A stretch of 62,486 nucleotides of DNA, counting the filler, from Acidimicrobiia bacterium (lineage in GTDB: Bacteria > Actinomycetota > Acidimicrobiia > Spongiisociales > JAHEDJ01): assembly GCA_029210695.1 (NCBI GenBank). It is 2 parts of 2 records of this genome, joined end to end, with 100 filler letters (N's around TTAATTAATTAA, not from the genome) between each part and the next. Parts side by side here need not be neighbours in the genome. Positions count along the whole stretch, not along the records: positions 31,396 to 62,486 come from JARGFH010000047.1; 1 more part is not named here. One strand, written 5' to 3'. A model generated the notes under the pieces. The model worked only from the letters and a program-made list of their open reading frames with translations, did no database searches and had not been told where the DNA came from. The translations under genes and the position numbers were made by a program. This document shows, piece after piece, positions 56,183 to 62,486 of the stretch. Numbering within the stretch: position 1 is the stretch's first letter; each line of letters starts with the position of its first letter.

Positions 56183-58011
56183 GACGGTCTGTGGTTTCAC
56201 TGACAGCCGTGTTGCTCGTTCTCTTGGCGTCGGCGCCCGGTCACGCTCTCCAGGCGCCGTCTCTTGAAATCGAGTTCGAGGGAGGCGGCTGGGGTCATGG
56301 GGTCGGTCTCTCTCAGTTCGGCGCTTATGGCATGGCGCTCAACGGAGCGTCGACCTCGGAGATTGTCGCTCACTACTACTCGGGCACGCAGATTGAGCGA
56401 ATTGATGAGATGGCCCTTGATCCGGATCCGCTGACGATCGGCGAAGGCGCCTTGTGGGTGAGCCTCCTTCGCAATCGGTACTCAGTCACGTTCCAGGCGA
56501 TCAAGGACACAGGTCCACTCGATCTGTGCCAGGCCGGGGACGGAACCGGTGTCTGTCCGAGGGCTGTTCACCCTCAGCCGGAAGAAGTGTGGACATTCGA
56601 GGGCGATGGGGGGACCTGTCAGTTCTATCGAGAGGGTGTGGCGGTCGGCCCGCCAGGATCCTGCCGCGCCTCGATCGTCATGCAGCCGGGGAGCCGGGTA
56701 AACCTCCAGGGCACCGATTATGGGCGGGGGGAAATCAAGATCCGCAGCGGTGAAGTGCGAGATGGCTTCCATGTCTCAATGGCTATTAGTGTCGAAGAGT
56801 ATCTGTACGGTCTCGGCGAGATGTACTCATCGTGGAGCGAGGCGGCGTTGCAGGCGCAGGCAATTGCGGGTCGGACCTACGCCACCAATCGTTTTCTCGG
56901 ATTCGAGATCCTGCCTCGAATCGGCTCGGATCCCGGTTTCACCGATGACCGCAAGGAATCCTGCTGGTGCCACATCTACGGCTCGACACTCGATCAGGCC
57001 TATGTGGGATGGAGTAAGGAGTCGGAGGAGAGCGGAGGCGTGCAATGGGGTGCAATCTGGAAAGCGGCCGTCGACGACACCGCCAATCAGGTCATCACCT
57101 ATACACAGCCAGGCTGGGAGTCGTTTACCAAGCAAACCGTCATCCAGTCCTTCTACTTCTCGTCGAGTGCCGGCTACACCGATAGCAACATCGACGGGTT
57201 CAATTCGAAGATCCCGTACCCGTATCTGGTTCCCGTGCCCGATCCGGGATCACAGGACCCGACGACCGCCAACCCGTATTCCGAGTGGACGGCGATCACC
57301 GACCAGGCCAGTCTCGCTACCCGGCTGGGCTGGGACGCGCTGCACTCCGTGGTGCTGGTCAATGGCCCTCCTGGGACCACCGTGCGGTTCTACGGCACGG
57401 ATGACGGGTTGTCGGTTGTCGCGGACAAAAGCGCATGGTGGTTGCGGAAGCTGCCGGGCTTTCGCTCTGGCCAGATCACGGCCATCAACGGCATACCTCC
57501 CTTCACCGACATCGTGGGCTCGCCGCACACGCAGAACATCATCACCATCTGGTTGAACGAAGTGACGAAAGGCTGCACTGTGACGCAGTACTGCCCGAAT
57601 GCCCCGGTGACCCGCGGCCAGATGGCCTCGTTTCTCGCCCGGGCGCTCGATCTTCCTCCAGCTTCGACCGACTTCTTCCCGGACGACAACGGCTCGACTC
57701 ATGAGGACAACATCAACAGAGTCCGAGAAGCCGGGATCGCGCAGGGATTCGAGGATGGCACCTACCGGCCGGCCGATCCCGTTCGTCGTGACCACATGGC
57801 CACATTCCTTGCTCGTGCCTCGGCCCTCGAACCCGTACCCGGCCCGTTGTTCACCGACGTGTCCGGTTTCCATGAGGGGAACATCAACGCCATCGCCGCC
57901 GCCGGTATCACGCTCGGATGTTCGCTCGACGGTCCGCGTTATTGCCCGGCAGATCTCGTCACCCGCGCTCAGATGGCGTCGTTCCTGGCGCGGGCTTTCT
58001 TCAGCGGCTGA
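56179..58011 (+). CDS. SpoIID/LytB-domain protein + three SLH-like repeats
   Basis: GWGHGVGLSQFGA, EEYLYGLGEM, AQAIAGRTY and DQAY; ATGA overlap with the amidase. Confidence 0.9.
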   Translation: MRRSVVSLTAVLLVLLASAPGHALQAPSLEIEFEGGGWGHGVGLSQFGAYGMALNGASTSEIVAHYYSGTQIERIDEMALDPDPLTIGEGALWVSLLRNRYSVTFQAIKDTGPLDLCQAGDGTGVCPRAVHPQPEEVWTFEGDGGTCQFYREGVAVGPPGSCRASIVMQPGSRVNLQGTDYGRGEIKIRSGEVRDGFHVSMAISVEEYLYGLGEMYSSWSEAALQAQAIAGRTYATNRFLGFEILPRIGSDPGFTDDRKESCWCHIYGSTLDQAYVGWSKESEESGGVQWGAIWKAAVDDTANQVITYTQPGWESFTKQTVIQSFYFSSSAGYTDSNIDGFNSKIPYPYLVPVPDPGSQDPTTANPYSEWTAITDQASLATRLGWDALHSVVLVNGPPGTTVRFYGTDDGLSVVADKSAWWLRKLPGFRSGQITAINGIPPFTDIVGSPHTQNIITIWLNEVTKGCTVTQYCPNAPVTRGQMASFLARALDLPPASTDFFPDDNGSTHEDNINRVREAGIAQGFEDGTYRPADPVRRDHMATFLARASALEPVPGPLFTDVSGFHEGNINAIAAAGITLGCSLDGPRYCPADLVTRAQMASFLARAFFSG

Positions 58012-58984
58012 GGAAGCCCAGACCCCAGGCCAGGTGCATCGTCGGCAAAACAACGGGGAGGAGCAGGGTTGCTGCGACCCGGTGCTTCAGGCTCGACCAC
58101 AGCGAACCGCCGACAATGAAACTGACGTAAAGCGCCGGTACCACGAGGGCAAGTGGTCGCCATGGTGTGGCTGCCAGCACCACGGACACGGCGAGGCCGG
58201 CAATCAGAGCGGGCGGCGCGAGTTGGCGCCAACGGATGGCCGCCGGGTGGGTTCGCAGCATCCTGCGCTTTCCCTGCCCGTACTGGTAGTACTGGCGCCA
58301 GAGGCCACCCAGGGTGCCGCGCGGTGTATAGCGAATCTTCAGTTCTGGATCGAAGTACACGAGGCCGCCGGCGCGCCGGATTCGGTAGTTGAGTTCGTAA
58401 TCCTGATTTCGAAGCAGTCGTTCATCGAAGAAGCCGATCTTTTCCAGGCTCTGGCGGCGGAACACGCCAAGGTAGACGGTATCGGCGGGCCCGGCAGTTC
58501 CGCCGTACCGGAAGCGGGCATCGCCGACGCCCAATGGGCTCGACATGGCCATGGCGATTGCGCGTTGCAGCGTCGTCTCCCCGTGCGCATCCTGGATACC
58601 GCCCACGTTGTCGGCGCCGGTTGTGGTCAGCGTCTCAACCGCCCGCTGCACGTAGCCGTCCGGCAGAACCGCGTGGGCGTCGAGCCGGACCACGATCTCG
58701 CCTCGTGAAGCGAGGATCGCCTTGTTCAACCCTGCCGGAGTATTGCCGTCCGGATTCGAGACGACACGCAGACGGTCGTCCGCGGCGGCGAGCTCATCGA
58801 GAAGTTCCCGGGTGCCGTCGACGCTCGAGCCGTCGGCGACCACTACCTCCAGGACGCCTTCGTACTCTTGATCCAGGGCGCTGCGTATGGACGCCGCGAT
58901 CGAGCCCCGCTCGTTCCGCGCCGGCATCACGATCGAGACCAGGGGATGGTCGTTCGGGCGGTGTGATTGTCCGGTGCTCTTCAC
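58001..58984 (-). CDS. GT2 glycosyltransferase (ExoA-like)
   Basis: DGSSVDGT, RLDAH, DTVYLG, RNQDYELN and QYYQYG. Confidence 0.9.
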   Translation of the reverse strand: MKSTGQSHRPNDHPLVSIVMPARNERGSIAASIRSALDQEYEGVLEVVVADGSSVDGTRELLDELAAADDRLRVVSNPDGNTPAGLNKAILASRGEIVVRLDAHAVLPDGYVQRAVETLTTTGADNVGGIQDAHGETTLQRAIAMAMSSPLGVGDARFRYGGTAGPADTVYLGVFRRQSLEKIGFFDERLLRNQDYELNYRIRRAGGLVYFDPELKIRYTPRGTLGGLWRQYYQYGQGKRRMLRTHPAAIRWRQLAPPALIAGLAVSVVLAATPWRPLALVVPALYVSFIVGGSLWSSLKHRVAATLLLPVVLPTMHLAWGLGFLSR

Positions 58985-59094
58985 AGTTACGTCGATCTGC
59001 TTGTGCGGTTTGCATCATGCACAGTTGCTTGCCGGGGGGCAACCTGTGAGCCGGTGGCGGCAGTGCGTTCGCGTCTCGAATCGCTCCGGCTGCA

Positions 59095-60414
59095 GTGAGC
59101 AGCGCATTCTCACTAGCATCTCGTCTCATGCGTCGTAGATTCCTGCTGTCGACCGCGGCTGCCGATCTCGGGTCACTCCTGGTTGCCTTCGTTGTTGCAT
59201 CCCTGGTGACCTTCGACACGCTGTGGCCTTGGGATGCCCGGCTGGTTCCGGGTAACTCGATGTGGCCGCTGCTGGGGTTCTTCGTGGGAAGTGCCGTCGC
59301 GTCCTCCATCTTCAGCGTGATGACATGGGCGGGAAGCGCTCCACGTCCATCGTACGGACGGGGGCTTTCCGTCGTGCTAATTGGGGTGTCTCTCACCGCT
59401 CTGGCCGTTGTCGTTAGCCGTGTCTACTGGTCCCGTCCGTTTCTTGGCACAACGGCCGTCGTCTGGTTGCTTGGCACCATCACCCACCGGGCCATCCGGC
59501 GTCGTACACCCTGGACCGAGCAGATGGTGCTGGTAACCGCGGAAAAGGAACTCGTGGAGCATCTGCGCGATGCTCCGCACGCCGATGTGCTGAATGTGCT
59601 CGACCCCGGCCGAGCCGGCGATCTCGACCCGATTCCTCCGGAGGTGACGCTCGTCGTCGACCTCCGCTCGGTTCTATCGGACCGGATGGCGCAATACGTC
59701 TCGTCGTGCACGATCTCCGGCACCACGACACGTGCCCTCACCAATGTCTACGAGGAGCACACCGGCCGTCTGCCCATTGTGCATCTGGCTGAAGGTTGGG
59801 AACTGAGGGAACCGGCGATCAAGACCGCACCGTACCAAGTCGCCAAACGAATCATCGACGTGGTGCTCGTTGCCGTCGCTGCTCCGCTCGCACTGGTGAC
59901 AACAATGGCCCTCGCGTTGCTGGTGAGGCTCTCCTCCTCGGGCCCGGCCATTTTCAAGCAGTGTCGGATAGGGCTCAATGGACGCCGGTTCACCTTGTAC
60001 AAGCTGCGAACGATGCGGGCGGATGCCGAGCGCGCTGGTCCCCGGTTTGCCACCCTCGACGATGATCGTCTCGTTCCTGCCGGCAAGTTCTTGCGGAAGT
60101 CCCGGCTGGACGAGCTTCCGCAACTTTGGAACGTTCTCAAAGGTGACCTCAGTCTGGTGGGCCCGCGACCCGAACAGGAGTCGTTTGTGGAGCAGTTCAA
60201 TGCCGAGATCCCTTTCTACGCTCAGCGCCATCTGATTCGTCCGGGAGTGACCGGCTGGGCTCAGGTCAAGTACGGTTACGCCGACGACGAGGCCGACACG
60301 ATCGAGAAGCTCACCTACGACCTCTACTACGTGAAGAACATGTCGATCTGGCTCGACCTGTACATCCTCGGAGAGAGCATCTGGACGGTACTGTCCGGCA
60401 ACGGTGCCCGGTAG
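59095..60414 (+). CDS. Priming polyprenyl-phosphate sugar-1-phosphate transferase (WcaJ/WbaP/WsaP-like)
   Basis: Four plus one TMs; KLRTM, RLDELPQ, SLVGPRP, PGVTGWAQ and YDLYY. Confidence 0.93.
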   Translation: MSSAFSLASRLMRRRFLLSTAAADLGSLLVAFVVASLVTFDTLWPWDARLVPGNSMWPLLGFFVGSAVASSIFSVMTWAGSAPRPSYGRGLSVVLIGVSLTALAVVVSRVYWSRPFLGTTAVVWLLGTITHRAIRRRTPWTEQMVLVTAEKELVEHLRDAPHADVLNVLDPGRAGDLDPIPPEVTLVVDLRSVLSDRMAQYVSSCTISGTTTRALTNVYEEHTGRLPIVHLAEGWELREPAIKTAPYQVAKRIIDVVLVAVAAPLALVTTMALALLVRLSSSGPAIFKQCRIGLNGRRFTLYKLRTMRADAERAGPRFATLDDDRLVPAGKFLRKSRLDELPQLWNVLKGDLSLVGPRPEQESFVEQFNAEIPFYAQRHLIRPGVTGWAQVKYGYADDEADTIEKLTYDLYYVKNMSIWLDLYILGESIWTVLSGNGAR

Positions 60415-60448
60415 GTCGTCTCCTTCAGCCCGACGCGGTGGCGCTCAA

Positions 60449-61633
60449 TCAAGTCCTGCCAACACTCCCGGCCGGAGTGCAGTGCTGGTCGTACTCGACG
60501 ATCCGGGGCGGCTGTGAGTCGTCGGCGCAGGCCGGGCAATCGGGATCGCGTCGGAGGGTCACCGTGCGGAAGTCCTCGTCGAGGGCGTCGTACAGCAACA
60601 GCCGTCCCACCAGAGTCTCGCCGATGCCGAGGAGGATCTTGAGCGCCTCCATCGCCTCGATCGATCCGATCACCCCAGGCAAGACTCCCAGTACCCCGGC
60701 TTCTGCGCATGACGGTGCCAGCTCGGGCGGCGGAGGTTCGGCAAACAGGCATCGATAACACGGACCGTTGTAGGGGTCGAACACTGTCGCCTGGCCTTCG
60801 AATCTGAAGATCGATCCGTGCACGACCGGAACCCGGAGATGCAGCGACACATCGTTGACGAGATAGCGGGTCGGGAAGTTGTCTGCCCCGTCGACGACGA
60901 CGTCGTAACCCGACATGATGTCCAGGGCGTTCTCCGCCGTCAGGCGGGTCGGATAGGTTTCGACCCGCACGTCGGGGTTCAGCGACCGAATCGTTTCACG
61001 GGCCGACTCGGCTTTCAGGCTGCCGATGCGGTGCACGTCGTGGAGGATCTGGCGCTGCAAGTTGGTGGAGTCGACGAGGTCGAAGTCGACGATCCCGATC
61101 GTGCCGACGCCGGCCGCCGCCAGGTAGAGGGCAACCGGAGACCCCAGCCCGCCGGCGCCGATGATGAGGGCCCTGGAGGCCAGCAGACGCTGCTGACCCT
61201 CTTCTCCCACCTGGGGTAGCAGCAGGTGTCGGCTGTAGCGCGCCCGCTGTTCTGACGAGAGAGTGTTTGGTGTATCCCAGGTACGCTGCTCGGCCTTCCA
61301 CTGCTCGAATCCGCCGGCGAGGCTGCTCACTCTCGAATACCCGAGTTGCTGCAGCGAGTGGGCGGCGAGCACCGATCGATGACCGGTTGCGCAATAGAGG
61401 ATGATTTCGCGGTCCCGTCTGGGAACCTGGCCGGTGATCGTGCTCTCCAGCACCCCGCGCGGAACGAACAGGGCACCCGGAATCGCTCCCTGTTCATACT
61501 CGGGAGCCTCGCGGATATCCACGATCATCGCCTCGTCGCTTCGGGCGGCGAGGTGTTCCGTGGTGGTCTCGATGATCTGTGGACGCAGTGCATCCACGAG
61601 CTCGTGGTAGGTACGCGAGTCCCCGTTTGTCAT
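60449..61633 (-). CDS. moeB: Rhodanese-ThiF/MoeB fusion (MoeZ-like sulfur-carrier adenylyltransferase)
   Basis: N-terminal rhodanese (YCATGHRS); RYSRH, GAGGLG, NLQRQ, CYRC and CPAC. Confidence 0.9.
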   Translation of the reverse strand: MTNGDSRTYHELVDALRPQIIETTTEHLAARSDEAMIVDIREAPEYEQGAIPGALFVPRGVLESTITGQVPRRDREIILYCATGHRSVLAAHSLQQLGYSRVSSLAGGFEQWKAEQRTWDTPNTLSSEQRARYSRHLLLPQVGEEGQQRLLASRALIIGAGGLGSPVALYLAAAGVGTIGIVDFDLVDSTNLQRQILHDVHRIGSLKAESARETIRSLNPDVRVETYPTRLTAENALDIMSGYDVVVDGADNFPTRYLVNDVSLHLRVPVVHGSIFRFEGQATVFDPYNGPCYRCLFAEPPPPELAPSCAEAGVLGVLPGVIGSIEAMEALKILLGIGETLVGRLLLYDALDEDFRTVTLRRDPDCPACADDSQPPRIVEYDQHCTPAGSVGRT

Positions 61634-61643
61634 AGGCGGCAGT

Positions 61644-62090
61644 CTAGAGGTCGAGCGTGGTTGCGTTTTGCTCGCGGGTCAGCCAGTGGTGGTGCTCTCG
61701 TCTCAGATATGGAGGTAGTCGACGAACGTCGGCGGGTGGGACATCGGGGATGCTCGCCGCTACCCACACGCCCGCTTCTGCATGACCGGCGAGTCCGACC
61801 CGGATGAGGTCGGAGAGATGTTCGGGGCGGGGGAGGGACCGCTCTCGCTGCGCAGCTCTGATGAGCCGGAGCAGATCGGCCACCGCGCCCGGGCCCAAGG
61901 CGGCGGTCCAGAAGCGACGTACATAGGGATCCGTAGGAACGCGCCGGTGGCCCGAGCCGGCGAGGAGGTGCGGTTGAATGTGCAGGCGGTGCCGGAGGGT
62001 TGGTGGAGTTGTGCCGGCCGGGTCCGGTGTGGCAGGTGCGACGGGAGGACGGGGTTGCAGCTGCTTGGACTCGACCGGCACAACTCTCAT
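61644..62090 (-). CDS. Hypothetical protein
   Basis: Co-oriented with moeB, 10-nt gap; contains PYVRRFWTAALGPGA..LLRL. Confidence 0.6.
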   Translation of the reverse strand: MRVVPVESKQLQPRPPVAPATPDPAGTTPPTLRHRLHIQPHLLAGSGHRRVPTDPYVRRFWTAALGPGAVADLLRLIRAAQRERSLPRPEHLSDLIRVGLAGHAEAGVWVAASIPDVPPADVRRLPPYLRREHHHWLTREQNATTLDL

Positions 62091-62166
62091 GCGGTAGAGA
62101 TACCACGCAACGTCAACTGTTGACAAGTAGCGGCACACAACGTCGCGAAATGTTTATCTACAAAGG

Positions 62167-62473
62167 GGTTCTAGGTTTTAGGTTCTAGGTTGTAGGTACG
62201 GGTTGCACGTGAGAGTGCCGTTGGAAAGGAGCGGACCGCGATCAGGGTTCTGACCTAGGACCCAATACCTATGACCTAGAACTTGCCTGCGCCTACGACT
62301 TCCCCTTGTTGTCAACCAGGTTTCCCACGGAATGGCGATGGGTTGCCCCAAGAGTGGTGTTAGGAAGGGGCGGATCGAGATCAGGTCTGACCTATTACCC
62401 AGAACCTATGGGGGAAGGTCCAGGACATCGTTGGCGGTTTGTAGACCGTCTATGGGGTTCAGGACATCGTTGG
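62167..62473. repeat. Non-coding repeat-rich region
   Basis: GGTTNTA heptamers at 62167-62194; degenerate direct repeat of about 72 bp at 62200-62273 / 62340-62410; CAGGACATCGTTGG at 62421 and 62460. Confidence 0.7.
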
Positions 62474-62486
62474 TAGTGGGCCGGGG

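Noticed and set aside
56179..58011. Evidence of endospore formation (SpoIID, CgeB-like domains)
   Set aside because: These domains are widespread in non-sporulating bacteria; no other sporulation genes are present.
4813..58708. Many long antisense or alternate-frame ORFs (e.g. 4813-5925, 32962-34734, 51151-52152, 54491-55750)
   Set aside because: Shadows of real genes caused by high-GC codon bias; no motifs.
62200..62486. CRISPR array
   Set aside because: Only two copies of each repeat, degenerate or too short, and no cas genes.
1..62486. tRNA, rRNA or prophage genes
   Set aside because: No cloverleaf, rRNA-like or phage structural signatures were seen.

Overview
High-GC actinobacterial sequence, most likely class Acidimicrobiia (inferred from gene content: HrpA, CysM-type cysteine synthase, F420-type split-barrel proteins, an HspR-type operator, Cys-containing SLH repeats). 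The window is two unlinked contigs joined by an artificial linker (44 N + TTAATTAATTAA + 44 N at 31296-31395). Contig A (1-31295) is mostly housekeeping, stress and redox genes: cysM, patatin, Hsp20, hrpA, msrB, ppdK, tag, a MoCo oxidoreductase, MFS, GNAT and others. It also holds a broken SPFH gene, a REP-like palindrome family and unannotated small membrane proteins, and it appears to end in IS termini at both sides. Contig B (31396-62486) is a cell-envelope locus of about 29 kb. It carries rmlCBAD, large multidomain glycosyltransferases, an IS3-interrupted sugar methyltransferase, a UDP-GlcNAc 2-epimerase, a CsaB-like pyruvyltransferase, a GT2/flippase/GT-C set and a priming sugar transferase. 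Interleaved with these are six exported proteins carrying 15 SLH-like repeats, 13 of them a two-cysteine variant: an M23 peptidase, an amidase, a SpoIID-family enzyme, an S8 protease, a PQQ sugar dehydrogenase and a putative structural protein. The best candidate for an undescribed system is this CsaB/SLH surface-anchoring locus with its SLH-tethered peptidoglycan-hydrolase set. A 111-bp CTAG-bounded MITE sits inside it. All calls rest on motif recognition by eye; no database searches were run.
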